DNA from: an uncultured bacterium
GTDB lineage: Bacteria; Oederibacteriota; JAAXVQ01; JAUVAV01
Direction: 5' to 3'
DNA length: 64,000 nucleotides
Assembly: GCA_963710755.1 (NCBI GenBank)
Contig: CAVQBK010000001.1
Coordinates: 1 to 64,000, forward strand
Shown here: in pieces, positions 1 to 15,000 of the stretch
Layout: the number at the start of each line of letters is the position of its first letter
Position numbering within the stretch: position 1 is the stretch's first letter
Notes under the pieces: generated by a model
Databases searched by the model: none
What the model was told of the DNA's origin: nothing
What the model saw: only the letters and a program-made list of their open reading frames with translations
Program-made: the position numbers and the translations under genes

Positions 1-1
1 C

Positions 2-3000
2 ACGGATCAGAGGGGGTATACATGGCAGGACTTTGGGGAAGCAAGCCTGCTGTTTCAGCAACTTGATCAGCATCAGGCCTTGTTGAACGAACAGCAGGCC
101 GTGGTGCTGGACTATACCGGATATAAACAGGTTGCCCAGGATAACTGGGATGAGCTATGCAAGCAAATGGGCGCTGAGATTTTCAGTGATGCCGGCCATT
201 ACTTGCATATGACCGCCGACCAAGTCATTACGGACATCACCAGCAGGTTAAAGGGTCAGACCGAGCTAAGCGGGGAAAAAGAATATGATAAAGATCTGGC
301 CTTGGATCAGCTTAACCTTGCCTATGATACCCTGGTGAAAGCCAGGAATGGTTTGTCCGATGCCATCGATGATCTCATCGGTGCTGAAAATGACTGGCGC
401 CAGGCAGTCAAAAACTTTGATGGTTATCTGACTAGTATCCAGGGAGATTATGGGCAGGGAAGCAACTTTTTAAAGACCTATACGGAAACTCTAGACGGAT
501 TCCTGACCAGTGCCGGTTTGAGCGAGAATACGGACGGGGCGTTAAAAGACGCTATTGGAAATTTTGTCACCGCGATGACCACGGATTGGAATGTTCCCGG
601 TTGGCCGAAGGATTCATTGGAGCGCAACGGCCAAAGCGCGGAAGCGTTAAAAGACAGCATCATAGGGCAAACGACCACAACCGCCACGGCAACAGCCATC
701 AAAAACCAGGCCCAGGCCATTATCGATGCTTTAGGGCAAGTTGATGGGGATATAGCTAATTTAAATACCGCGATTAACGGCCGCTTGGGAACATTAACAA
801 CTCTCATCGGCAATGAAAATTCCGGTGCTATCAAAGCCGTGAGTGATGCTGAAAGCAATTTTAATAATGCCAAAGGGGATTTGGATGGCCCCTCGGTAAC
901 CATAGCCAAGGATTATGCCACCCAACTTCAAGATGCGCGGAATGCATTGGTGACCTATACTACGCTATGTTCCAATATTCAGACCGAAACAGATAAACTG
1001 GATAACATGGGCATGATATGGACTCAATATTCCCATTCGACAACTCTGCTGGGGAGCACAGTTAATTGGTATTATGCTTGGGGTCTAGGTTATACCCCGT
1101 CTGGCCAAGATACGGCTGATCTGAAACTGGGCACCTATACACTAGAAAAGGCGCAAGTCCCAGCCTCATGGGATTCTCCAGTTGACAACCGTACTCTCTG
1201 TGAAAATACGCTTGCAAGTTACAATGAGTACAAAAAACTCTATCCATCTTATTCGGAATCGGAATCAAAATATCAAACAGCCTTGGAAAATTATAACACC
1301 CAATTCAAAAAAGTTTACGGAACCACCAGAAATAATCTATATGACGGCGGCTTTCAACAAACCTGGCAGGAAGCGAAAGACAATCTTACCACTCTCCAGG
1401 ACCAGCAAACCGCCGCAGAAAAGGCCCAACAGCTTTTAAGCAGCAGTGATAAGCTGGACAGCTCCATTGACGAATTCAACGGTCTCGCCCAAGGGCTGGG
1501 CAGCGTGGTTACAAAAATCAATAACGGGCTCAACCAGTGCTTAAATGGCACCGACCTTGATGCCAGCACCAGCCTCAACCAAACCGCCCGAAATTTGACG
1601 GACTTGCAGGGAAATTACCCTGGTATTAAAGAACAATACACAACCGCCTATGACAATATCTACAATGCAGGCACAGGCAAACAAGTCCTATACGATCAGG
1701 CAGCATCTGAATGGACCGCGGCGGATGCCACCAGGGCCCAGTACCAAACCAGCCTCGAATCCCTGGTCCATGAGCAGGACAATCTGAATCTGGCCACCGC
1801 CAATCTGGATACTGAAACCACCCTCGCTGATCAAATCAATGCCGGGCTAAACGGGCCGGATGGCATATATCAGCAAACGTTGAACCGGCTGGCGGATCAG
1901 ACCTTTACTATAGATGGGACCACCTTCACCCTGAGCAATGATCAGGCGGTTCAACTGCTGGCGAAGGGCAGTGTAGTGCTGGCCAATCAACAGACCATCA
2001 CCCGCGATGAGATCAGTCAAAAAGCCCAGGTGAAAATAAACATCAATGAAACCAAAACCAGCGCCCGGATAGATCTTTCTTACGATACCATGGGCCGTCT
2101 GACCGGCTATAAGGAAATTACCTTCACCGGGCAGACCATCCAGTACAAAACCGATCCCACCCAACCGTGGCAGCAAAAGCAGTGGCTGCAGCTGGACGAG
2201 CAAATCCGGCGGGCCATTCTCAATGCCGATCAGACCGTGCAGGTTGGTTTGCCCGGCTCGGGCTCACTGCAAATTCAGCAAGCCCTGGAAACCAAGTACA
2301 ACAACCAGGGCCAGATCACATCACAAACCATTCAGACCAGCGAAACCACCTATAGTGATGATCCTGATGAAGATCCCTATACCCATGAATATACAGTCAC
2401 CACCAGCCAAATGACCTATGATGACAAGAACCAACTCAGCAGCTATTGCCGCGAAACCGACGATCCCCAGGAAAATCGTGTGCTGCTGGAAGAAGTGGTG
2501 GATGAACCCCTGGCTTATGATGATCAGGGGCGCATGACTTCATCGCGAATCAAATCCACGGAAACGATCAATGGCGTGGTCACCGAGCGTGTGGTCACCA
2601 CCCGCGACATGGCGTACAACAGCCTGGACCAATTGATCACCTACAACCGCCAGACCATTGAAGGCGGCAAAGTCACCTATGAAAAAATCCTGTCCCCCAT
2701 GCGTTACAATCAGCAAAACCAGATGGTATTTAATCATTCGGCGGTTATCGAAACCGAACAGAAGAACGGTGTCCCTGAAATTTCCTTTGATGCCATCAGA
2801 GATCTGCCCACCACCGAGGATGCTTTAAAATCCCTGGAAGACAAGGCCAAAGTCACGGAAACCATGATGCTCGATGCCGCTTATAATCCGCGCAACCAAA
2901 TGACCTCCATGCTGCGCCTGACCCGGGAATCTGGAAAGATTATCCTTGAAAACATGCATGATATGGCCTACGACACCTCAGGCCGTCTTACCAAAAGCAT

Positions 3001-6000
3001 CAGCGACATCACCGAAGCCGGGATCGTGGCCGCTGATGCAGGTCAAAAACTGGACTATAAAACCATGACCGTCACCACCGAGAATCTGGCCTGGGACAAC
3101 AAAAAACAAGTGACCGAACAAAAAAGAACCACCGTGGAAGGCGATAAAACCACGGAAGAGCATCTTACCAACATGACTTATTTCCCCGACACGGGCCTGT
3201 TGAAAAGCAGCTTCAACACCATTGCCGAACACTACCGAGTGTCCGCCACTGAAACTTACGACCACACCTACACAGTCCAAACCGATATTCAAAGCTATAA
3301 CAGCAGCAAGCAAATCAGCCGCCAGACCCAGATCACCACGGACGGGGAAAAAGTCACTACCGCGACTAATGCCGCCGATATTGTGCCGGCCTTGCCTGAA
3401 TATACTTATGAAAACGGCAATGTCACCTCGAAAACAGTGCTGATCACGGAAACGTCCCTGCCTTATGTAGATGATAACGGTAACCAGGTGCCTGCCGGCG
3501 CCTATACCAACAGCTGGACCATAGCCGATCATGACATGACTTATGATCCCTTCGGCAGACTGGAGAGCACGATACGCGATACCATCCGCCAGGATGATGA
3601 AAACATTTACTATACGCGCGAAAAGAACACCTATAGTTATGATGCCGAAGGCCGCGCGGCTGAAACCATCAGCAGTAAAAAAGAATACCAGGCCGGCATA
3701 AACGCCGGCCCCGGGGCGATCACTGATGCTGAAAAAGCCGCTGAATACAAGACCACGGTGACCTGGGTTCCGTCTTCCGGATACAATACGCGGGGGCAGA
3801 TGGAGCACTACACCACCATCAGCTACAATGGCGAAACCCTGACTTATGATCATCAGGAATACGCCTGGTCCGCGCTTATAGCGGATCAAAAACGGGCGAT
3901 CCTTAATGCCGAAGACCAGGAGAATAAGCTGGGTGAAGTGGTGTCCGTGACCAGCATGAGCGATATCACCTACGGAGGAGCCGTGACCCAGGACCTTGCC
4001 ACGGTTATCCAGAAAGCCTTCATCAATGTTACCCTCGACGATCTGGGTCACAATGATCAGGAGCCGGCTGTTAGAGCCGGGAAAATTGAATTGTTTGACA
4101 GCACCTTTGGAACAGGCCAACTGGTTTGCAACGGCACGGCCATTACAGGCCTTACGGACGACCAAAAGATCAAATTTATCAATCAAGCCGTGAGCCATCC
4201 CGCGTCGGATACGGTCATGTTGACGCAGGGCGCGCAGACCTACAGCTTGCAGGACCTCAGCTATTCCATCCACGCCGACAAGATGGATTCCTGGACCGCC
4301 ACCACCACCATTGAGGGGCCTGTTGCCCAGGATCTTTCCACAATTATCCAGAAAGCCTTCAGCAATGTTACCCTCGACGATCTGGGTCACAATGATCAGG
4401 AACCGGGTGTCAGAGCCGGGAAAACTGAATTGTTTGACAGCACCTTTGGAAAAGGCCAACTGCTGCATGACGGCACGGTCATTACCGGCCTTACGGACGA
4501 TCAAAAGATCAATTTTATCAATCAAGCCGTGAGTCATCCCGCGGCGGATACGGTCATGCTGACGCAGGGCGCGCAGGACTATTGCCTGAAGGATCTCAGC
4601 TTTTCCATCCGCCTCAATGACATCTCCACCACCATTCGCCTGAGCAGCGCCTACAATCAGATCCAGCAGGTTGAGGGCTATAAGGAAATAACCATGCAGG
4701 GCCGCGGCCTGATCCTGAACGGAACCTTTACCAAATGGAGTGATTTGACGGATCAACGCAAGCAGGACATCATTGCTGAATGGCAATCCCTGCAAACCAA
4801 GGGTGTCCTGTCAGTCTCGGCCAATAGAGCGGCCCTGGAAGATATCGGCCTTCTGCCCAACAACTTTGTCACCTATACCAACATGCAAAATATGACCTAC
4901 ACCTCCGATGGCCAGGCCAAAACCTGGCAGAGCACCACCCAGGAGTTGCAGGTCAAGTCCAGTGATATTTATAGTGCCCGGCAGCCCGCCGATCCGCCTG
5001 TGACCACCGTTGCCCTGGCCGTCAACCGCGTTACCAGCAGTGACCGCCTGGACACGGTTTACAACGGCAACAACAAGCCCGTGGCCGTCAGGGAAACCAC
5101 CACCTCCGCCGGGGGCATTACCACCGAAGGCTGGACTTTCTATGGTTATGACGACCAAAGCCGGGCCACGGATGTGATGCACCTGACGCGCACATTATCC
5201 AATGATCCCACCGTTGCCGGCAGCTCCTGGACCGTGGAGCAGACCCATGTGGTTGAGTTTGACACGGTGAGACCGGAAAAAAATCTCTATAAAAAAGTCA
5301 AGACCCTAACCCTGTATGATGTCACCCTGACGGATGCCATGCTGGCCAATGTGGAAGGCAACAAGGCCTTGACGGAAATAATAAACAAAGAAGATAGCAT
5401 CGCTGATTGCGAAAGCAAAGCCTACATCGAAGATTCAGAACACAGAAGCGAGATTGAAACCCAGGAATTCAACTATGATTACAATGACGCCGATGCACCC
5501 AAAACCACGGAGCTGATCAAGATCACCCAGGACAGCGACCATAATTATAATGTGGAGCGCACGGACTTTTTCTATTTGTCAGGCAACGGCGATCCCAAAC
5601 CCACCAACGCCCGCGTGACCAAAATCAACAATGCCACGAATATTAGCACGGCCAACAATTTCTTCAGCTATGATTTCCAAAATAGCAGCGATCAGCAGAT
5701 CACCATTGAGGATACGGCCTACAGCTATGATGCCCAGGGCATGCTCGCCGGCAGCCGGACCTTAAGGACCTCGCCCGGAGGCGCGGTCACGGCCGAGGCA
5801 AGCGCCTTTACCTATGAGGGCGGCCAATTGACCAGGGTGGAAAAAGACATTTATCAAAACCTGGCCAATGAAAATACTAGTAAGCCCTTTACCTTAGCCG
5901 GGGCCGGGCAGAACTTACCCAATGACTTCAAACTCCTGCAAGGCAATTGTCCCAAAAGCCATGAAATCACCACATACGACAGCTATGATGCTGAAAACAG

Positions 6001-9000
6001 AGTTCTGCAAAGCACGGCAACCAGAACCGCGGTAAGCGGCGAAACCAGCACGGATGTCACCAAGTACGACTACAACGGGGAGACGGGAAAAATCAGCCGC
6101 ATAGAATTGACCACCAGGGAAGGGGACTGGTGGACAACAAGCATCAAGGATAATATTGGCTACTATACCAGCGGCGTTAATGCCGGACAGATGAAAAGCT
6201 ATAGGGAGACCATTACCGATTCCACGGCCACGGCCAAAACCACGGTCAATACAGTCAGCGATTTGCGCTATGACGCTTATGGCCGCCTCATTCATCAGCA
6301 GACCGATGCCGTGGAGACCAATCCGGAAGGCACGCACGAATACTGCGTGGTGTTGGATGTGAATGGGGGCAATGGTTTTGACCAATTAAACCGCATGGTT
6401 AATTATACACGGACGACCACCGAAAAAACGGGCGGCAAAGTGGTGGTTGAGGACATCAGGCAGGCTTACGGTACCACGGATGAGCGCCTGAAAAGTCAGG
6501 ACAAGGACATCACCGAAACCTGCACCCTATCGGGAGAAGATCTCGATCACAGCTACAGCACCAGCAGTACGTACCATTATGCCCAAAATCCTCAAGTAAA
6601 CGAACAAAATCCCCATCCCTGGCAGATGACCGGGGAGACTGTCATCACCACAGATGGTCAGCGTAAGACAACAGAAGAGATCACTTATTCCTGGAATGCT
6701 CAAAAACAGATTGCCGCGAAAAGCAGCACTGTCACGCTGGAAAGCGGGAAGGCCACGCCCGGCGTCTGGAACGTCTCCAGCGATCATTACACCTATGCTC
6801 CAGCTTCAGGCTTGGCGACAGCCTATCGAACCACCACCACCAAAGCCGGAAAGATCACCACCCAGGATTTCACGGGCATCAAATACAATCAGCTTGGTCA
6901 GGTGAGCGAACAGGACATCAGCTATGAAGAAAGAATCGTGGGCAAAACCGCAGCCGAATATCTGCGGGAATGGCGCGAGGAAATCCGAGGCCAGGAATAT
7001 AATGCCGCCGGTCAGCTCATCAGCCAGTCTATTACCCGGGAAGAACGGGATTTAAGAACCATTGAAAACAGCAGTAACTATACCTACGATGCAAAAGGAG
7101 CGCTGACCGGTAAAAAAACAGCCGTGGAAGAAATGGACATTGCCGCGCCCGGCAGCGGTCAGGAGGATGGAGACAATCATCATCTCTGGTATGAGGACAC
7201 CATCAGCAACCAGACCTGCAATGGCTATGGCCAGGTCACTGGCTACACCAAAACCACCAGGCAGCAGGATGCTGCCCGCCATACCGTCAAGACCACGGTG
7301 GAAACCATAACCGATGTTGCCTATAACAACCTGGAGCAGATCACCAGCCAGAAGGACGCCTATCTTGAGACCGCTACTAATCTTCATCATTCGTGGACTC
7401 TGGAAACCGGCTTTACCTATGACGACAACCATCAGGTAAGCACCACTACGCACACCCGGATTGAAGGCGACAAACAAACCACGGAGACGACCTCGGACAT
7501 GCACTATGACTGCTATGGCCGGGTAATCCAATCCACCACGATTGTTAATGAAAAAGACAAAAATGACGCCCAACCTCTAAATTACACCTATACGGTCGCC
7601 CTCACCGGCCAGCAATATGACGGTCTCAACCGGGTTATTGGGTACACCCGCACGACTACCAAGGAATTTGAAGACAGCAAAGTCCAGACGGTCATCCAGA
7701 CATTGACCGGCTGCGGCTATGATAGCCAAGACAATATGTACTATAGCCATATGGTGATCAATGACGGCATCAGCGTTGTTGATACTGATACCTGGAATAC
7801 CTTCAATGCTCTCGGCCAGGTCGAAAGCTATCGCAAAGCGGAATGGAATGAAACCACAAAATTGCTGAAAGCCGAATCCGGCACAGGGCTGACCTATGAT
7901 AACCAAGGCCGGAACAACGCCTCCGTGATCTCCACGGTAGAAACTGATTTGACCCAATCCAGCGTTCCCACGATCAGAGTCGCTGATTTTTCCACGATCA
8001 ATGGCAACAACTTCGAAAAGCGATTTACCACAACTACGGTCAGCACCAGTTACAATACTTTGGGGCAGGTGAGCGGCTTTGACCGGACCACGGAAGAGAG
8101 CGGGAAAATAACCCGGGAACTGGCGGTCGCCAGCTACCATTATGACCGCTATGGCCGGCTGGCTGATTCAAGCATCACCATCACTGAAAAAGATAAAGGC
8201 CAGACCGTCAACGGCACCATTCTCAATCACACCACCACCGTGGCCATGTCGGCTATCACCTACAATGGCAATCAGCAAATGACCGCGTACACCCGCACCA
8301 CCACGGACGGGCAGAGTGTGTTAATCGAAAAAGCCGTTGAAGTGGCCTATGATGACAAAGGCTATGTAAGCGGGTTAACCATGAATGTCACGGAAACGGA
8401 CACCAAACCCGACAATGACCCAAACAAGCTGAAACACAACTACCGCTACACCTTGAGCAATACGCTTAACAGTTACGGGTGGGTGATCGGCTACACCAAG
8501 ACCACCAATGACCAGGGCCGGAAGACCATCGAGGCCGTGGATGGGATCAACGACCCGCAAACCTATGACAAATACGGCAGGTTGCAAACCTACACCAAGA
8601 CCACCACCGAGCGCGGCTTCGACCCGGATACCCTCCAGACCTTTGCCAAGGGCACGGTGGTTACGGAAACCGTGATCAATGGCCCCATCCACTATGACGG
8701 CCTGGGACGGATAACCAATATCCAAGTCAGCCGGGAAACCACGGATGAGGAAACCGGCGGGAACAAGCTTCACCTCTATGAAACAGTCACCACGGAAAAT
8801 AAAGCCGGCAAGGATAAAAATAATCACGACATCGCGGCCTACAATCTGCTGGGCCAGCTCGCCTACAGTGAGCGCACCACCAAATCCTATAGCTATAACG
8901 GCGCTGTCCTGGTGGAAGGCGAGACGAAAACCGAGAAAACCAGCTATACCTATGATGCCAATGGCCGGATCAAGAGCCAATACAGCAGGATTACCGAGAA

Positions 9001-12000
9001 CGGGACAACCACGGATAGGGGCAGTAAAGAGGTCGCTTACAAGGATAACGCCAACCAGGATGTAAGCTATGATGTGAATTACGGCAGCCTTGATGTCAGC
9101 TACACCGTGGAGACCAAGGACATTACCTATGGCCATGATGATAACCGCATGGCCACATTCACCCGCATTACGGATAAGGACGGCCGCCGGACCACGGAAG
9201 CGGTTAACCAAACCTGGTCAAGCGGCCAGGTTGCCGGTCAGACTACGGTGTATACCGACACCACCACCGGCAACGATACAAGTACCCTGAGTAAAACCTG
9301 GACGGTTTCGCGCTCCCGCATCAGCTACAACAATCTTGACCAAGTCCTGGGAGAAACCAGACTCACCACCATCGCGGAAGCCGACACTTCCAAAAACACA
9401 GAAACCCAGGAAACCGTCAGCAGCAACACCTATGACCAGGCCGGGCGGCTATTGACCAGCAGCTCCTATTTCGTGGAAAGAGGGGGCTATACGGAAGTCG
9501 GCAGCCTTTTCCACACCTGGAATCAGGCCATCACCAACAGCGACTACAACAACCTGGGCCAGGCCGGGAGCAAGATCATTGTCACCAGCGGGGACAATGG
9601 CGCGCCCGATAAAGTGAGCACCCTGGACCAGCATGACATTTTGTACAACACCAAAGGCCAGGTATTGGCCTACACCCAAATCAATAGGGAGAAAAACGCC
9701 GCGGGCACGGCTTTGGCGCTGGACACCACCAATGAAATCATCCGCGACTGGACGGTGTACAACAGCCTGGGGCAGGTCACGCAATATAAAGAGAGCCAGA
9801 GAAAAGTCACGCTGACCGATGAGGAACTGGGGATTTTGAAAAACCTGGGCCTGACCGAGGCTGATCTGGAAAGTTATGTTGACCAGGCAGGAAATGCCAT
9901 CGTCAATCTCAAGCTCTCCGATTTGTATGCCGACGGGAAACTGGAAAATATTGATCCTGGTCAGAATATTTACAATCTTTTGGAAAAGATTATAAAAAAT
10001 GCCATAACCACGGCGGTGCCGGACGCCCTGGGTGCCGGGAGCAAAGCCAAGGTCATTGACATGGCTGTGAAAAGTTTCATGTCCCGATTCGATACGAATG
10101 ATATCACCGTCAAATTTGATGCTGTGAAAGATGAGCAGAATAAGCCCATAGAGCTACCTCTTACCTCATTGACCGGCCGTGATCTGCTGTTTTATCTGAT
10201 AGGCGCAAGCTGGGATGCCTATACCCTGGGCCCCGATTCGGAAAACGGGGAGCAAACAGTTTCCAGCATGAGCCTGGACACTCTTTGCGGTGACGCGCGC
10301 ATTGACGCGAATGACGGTTTGGGAGACAAAACGTTAAGGACTGTCATCCAGGATATGCTCAAAGCCAGCTTTCTCGACCTGGGCGCCAATGAAAGTGATG
10401 CCGTGGCCCTGGCAGCTCAGGCCGTGGTGGCGATGGAATGGAAAACGGAAAATGGTGATTCCCTGATGGGCATGACCGTACAGGAGATCAATAACCTTCT
10501 GGACGATGAAACCGGCACGCCCCAGATTGAAGACCAAGACGGAAAATCCGTGGCAAACTATAACATCCTGTTGTTGATCAATAATAAGATTTTCAGCCAG
10601 GCAGACAAAGCCCTGCTGGACGATATCTACCACAATGCAGTCAAAAACATGAACGCCCTCAAGACCAGCAGCGGGCAACCGATGGGGGATCAATCTTTCG
10701 GCGCCCTCATCAGCCAACTGACCGGCGCTGGGAATGATCTGGTTTCACATATCAACAATGTCATCAATGCGGACTTTGTCAATTTCAAAGCCAACAGCAC
10801 CATCAACATCGTGGTGGAAAACCAGACCTATGACAATCAGGACCGTCTGGTGATGCAGCGGGAAAACGCCGTATGGCACAGTATTGGCGGCGGGAACATT
10901 CCCGGCCTGGACAGCGGATGGAAAAATGGTGATGCCGCGGTCACCACCACCTACGCCTATTACGGCAACAGCAACCAGCGTCAAGCCCAGCAGGTGCAGG
11001 TGACCGGCAGCGGGCTGAATGAGAACGCTGACATCAACACCGCTTATTACTACACCGAAGTGGCAGCAGACCGCCAAAATCCCAATGCCGCAAGTTGGAC
11101 CCTTATTCCCGAACACCTGGAAGCACCGAGAGAGCATTTGCCCGAAAATATTACCGACGGAAGCATAGTGTTTTCTAAGGATGAATACGTGGTTGTGAAT
11201 GGAAATGGCGACATTGAAATAAAACCCATCTATTTCATGGCCAAACAGCGCGGCATTGACAGCCTGTATATAGAAAACAACATCAGCTACAACAGCTTCA
11301 ACCAACAGGTACACTCCTGGAGTACCACCGAGCAGGTGGCGCAAAGAACGGAATATTTTTATAAAACAGCCGGAGAAAATAAAACGCCCGACACCATCGT
11401 AGTCACGGCCCGGGTGGGCACTATAACCGAGAACCGGACTACTGACTTCAATCGCCTCGGCCAGGCTCTTACCACGGTCAGTGATAGCTATTCCACGGAC
11501 ATCAACCGCACCAATGTGTACACGATCACCACCAATATGACTTATAGCGCCGACGGCAGCCGGACCGGAGCGCAGGTCACCACCAGCAATCTCTATCATC
11601 CCATTCAGGAAAATCTCAATGAAGAATATCATAATTTAAAAAACATCATGCTCCAGGCGGTCAGCAACGGCGGCAAACAAACCCTGCGCCTGGGTGATAA
11701 AGCACAATACAGCGCCAACCGCTCCATCAGCGGCAATTTCTCCCAGGTCTATAATAACCTGGCGGCGGAAAATGATGAGTTCAAGTACACCAACGGCAGC
11801 ACTATATGGAATAGCTACAAATACGACATCTTCGGCAACATTGACAACCTGGCTACCCAGAGAAGCAGTCACGGCACAAGCTGGCAGGGAGAATTTGAAG
11901 GCGCGGGGTTAAGCCCGATCGGGAAACTGCTCAATGACATCATCACTGTTGTCAGAATCGTGCTCAATGTGCTGAGCAACTATATACCGGTACTAAAACC

Positions 12001-15000
12001 CTTTGCCTTGGCGGCCAATCGCTTACTGGCCGTGGCCCAGGGATACATTAACGGCTTGGATTGGGGAGCGAATTTAAGGTACGCCATGATATCAAGCGTA
12101 GCCGAGGATCTGATGAACGGGATAGACGGTGGGCTGGCCACCACTGCTCTCTCGGATATTGCCAAAACCGCACTCCACATACTGGCCTCAGGCGCGGTGG
12201 CCTATTTATCGGCCCTGGCCAGGGGCATTACCGACGAGGGACAGTTAACCTCAGCCTTTTTGGGAGGCCTGGCTTCAGGGGTAATGGGCACCAAGGCGGA
12301 TGCAGGTAACATCACAGCCCAGATCATCAAAGTCATGGTGGTGGTGGGATTGAACACCGCGGCTGCCGCGGCCGAAGGCTTGAACGGCGATCAACTGCTG
12401 CTGGTGTCCGGCCTATCCCTGGCTGCCACGACCGCCGGTGCTCTCGGAGGGAATGGAAGTACGCAGAAAATGGCGGGTTTCAATGAAATTATTACAGCCA
12501 TCAGCGTGGCTTTTGGCAGCGCCATTCTGGGCCTGGCCGTGGCTGAAATCGTGGGAAAAGACAACGACAGCTTCCAGAGTCAAGCCATCACCGCCGCGGT
12601 GGTGCAGCTTGCAGTGTCAGCCGTGAGCAGCGTAATGAGCATGACCATTCCCGGTGCGGGTATTGTTAGCAATATTGCCTCCAGTACCTTTGGCCAGATG
12701 CTCAAGCAAGGCATGATGGAAACCATCCGTGATAACCACGAGATCAAGACCTACACCATCATCAGCGGACAAACTGCCAAGAGCAGCGATGAACAAATGA
12801 AAGATTTGAGTGAGAAGAACCGCATGGAAGTGGTTTTTGAGCAAACGATTATGAACGATGCCCTCGATCTTGGAGGGGCGCTGGGCAATATAGGCGGCAT
12901 CATGCTAAGTAACAGTCTAACAACTGGAAAGGAACTCTTTAATAATCTAACTGTTTACAATGATCAATTTAGTTATAAAGAAACGGATAGTCAAGCCTTA
13001 CGGCAAAGTGTAGAGAAAGCCGTAATGGAGGATGTGGGCGACCTAAGCCAGCAACTTACGATGAGCGATGAGAATCAGGACAGCAGTTATATGATGATCG
13101 GGGCCAAGGATGATAGCCTGGCCGCCATGGCGGGGATGAGCAAGGAAGCCATTGCCGAGAAGGTGGGCATCAAGCTGGAGATCGACCTGGGCAACCTGAA
13201 GGCCATGGCCGACCGCATGGGAGATTTTCTGAGCAAGCAGGGCATTGATTATGATGCGGTCATGAAAGGGGAAGTCAACGGCAAGGAGACGGCCCTGTTC
13301 TTCAAGGGCGACAAGCTGGTGGCCGCAGGCATGAAGAATGCCACGGGCCAGGAGGAACTGCGCACCTTCAACTTCAAACTCGGCGCTGACGGCAAGATCG
13401 CCGTAGCCAGCGGTAAGATCTTCCGCATGATCGGCAACCAATACAAGGAAGTGGGCGCCTTTGTGCTGGCCAAGCGGGGCAGCGAGGAATTCAAAGACGC
13501 CATGGCCGGAACCAAGGACCGCATCAACAATGCGGAAGTGGCGGCCAAACTGGACCAGGCCGACAGCGTCTACACGGAAACCGACAAGAGCGGCAACACC
13601 CGCCAGGTGTATATGGATGCCCAAGGCAAGGCCCTGGTGAGCGAATCCCTAATGTCCGACGGCAGCATGAAGATGCTGGTGTATGACTATGACAACCTGG
13701 CAAAAGGCGTGCTGGCCCAAGGCAGCATCTTTGTGGGTGAGAACGGCAAGTACAGCAGCCAAGCCAGCGGGACCTTTCAGATCAAACAGCAAACCGGCGT
13801 GGCAGGCCTTAACAATGCTGGTCAGGCCATTATCGAGGCTCTGGGTACTGGCCAAATGTCACGCACAGTCTACACGGAAACCATGAACAATGGCGCCACC
13901 CGCCAAATCAGCACCAATGCCAAAGGCCAGATCGAATACGTCTACAATAAAGCCGTAGACGGCAAGGAGCGTGTGGTGGTATTTGGAACAACGAATGCCA
14001 TTAACGTAGAGACAAGGGATTCCCTTGTCTCTACAAACATCGTCAATTTCAATGATCTATCTACCGACGACCAGAACCAGATCATGGCCGCTTTGCCGGT
14101 TATGAACAACCAGGACCCCTCGGCCGTGACCTCCAAGCTGGTCAACCTTCAGGACGCCATGAACATGGCCGCCCTGGCCAAACAAGCCCAAAGCATGGGC
14201 TTCCAGCTGGATGTGAAAGACGCCACCATCTTTGTCACCATCCCCGCCCTTACTTCCTCTCCCTCCAAGGGAGAGGATGGAGGTGAGGGATCCATCAATG
14301 TCCAAATATTAAACGTCTTTGAGGATAAAGACGGCGCCCTCATCATGCAAGGCCGCGTGGTGGAACAGGATGAAAATGGCATGCAAGCCGTGGGCGACGA
14401 AATCATCATTGCGCCTGCGAACAGCGCCTTTGCCAAGGATGCACTGGGCACGAATGGTGATCAAATCTCTGATAACGCTGCCACTATCCTCCTGCGTACC
14501 ACAACTTCCCCCTCTCCCTCCCAGGGAGAGGGCAGGGGTGAGGGTGAAATCACCACCGCCCAGGCCCTCGACGCCAACCGCCAGCCTCTGGGCGAACCGG
14601 TGACCATTAGCAAGGAAACCATGGATAAGGCCTTCGCCAATCTGAAAGACCAGGGTGATCATTCCGTAGGGGCGAATAATCATTCGCCCGTAATCAACGC
14701 CGTGAAATCAACAATCAAAAAATCCACCCAGGCAGCAGTTGGTGTGAAGGGAACGGCATTGAATTTGATCGACCAATCTATAAATAATCTGGCCATGTTC
14801 ATAGCCCAAAGTGAATCCGACGCAAATGACTGGAAGAATGCCGACTTAAGCGGTCTCGCGAAAGTGCTTAATGAAGCTGAAACCAAAGTAGGCGGTCTTG
14901 GGATGACGCCGCAGGCGGAATTATTAAAAGTCCTGGCCAACAAAATTGGTGTGGACCTTGGCGCCGGTGACTGGAGCCAGAAACTTCTCGCCAAACTCAG

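Noticed and set aside
3982-4610. Possible DGR template/variable repeat pair
   Set aside because: Mismatches are not adenine-specific and no reverse transcriptase is in the window.
2978-4795. 605-aa antisense ORF and many other minus-strand ORFs over the giant gene
   Set aside because: Expected stop-poor shadow of GC3-biased codons; no RBS or recognisable motifs.
1182-14603. Other same-strand alternative-frame ORFs in the giant gene (e.g. 1182, 8745, 12438, 14319) as nested genes
   Set aside because: No convincing SD, Pro/Arg/Ser-rich shadow composition and no frame-specific conservation.
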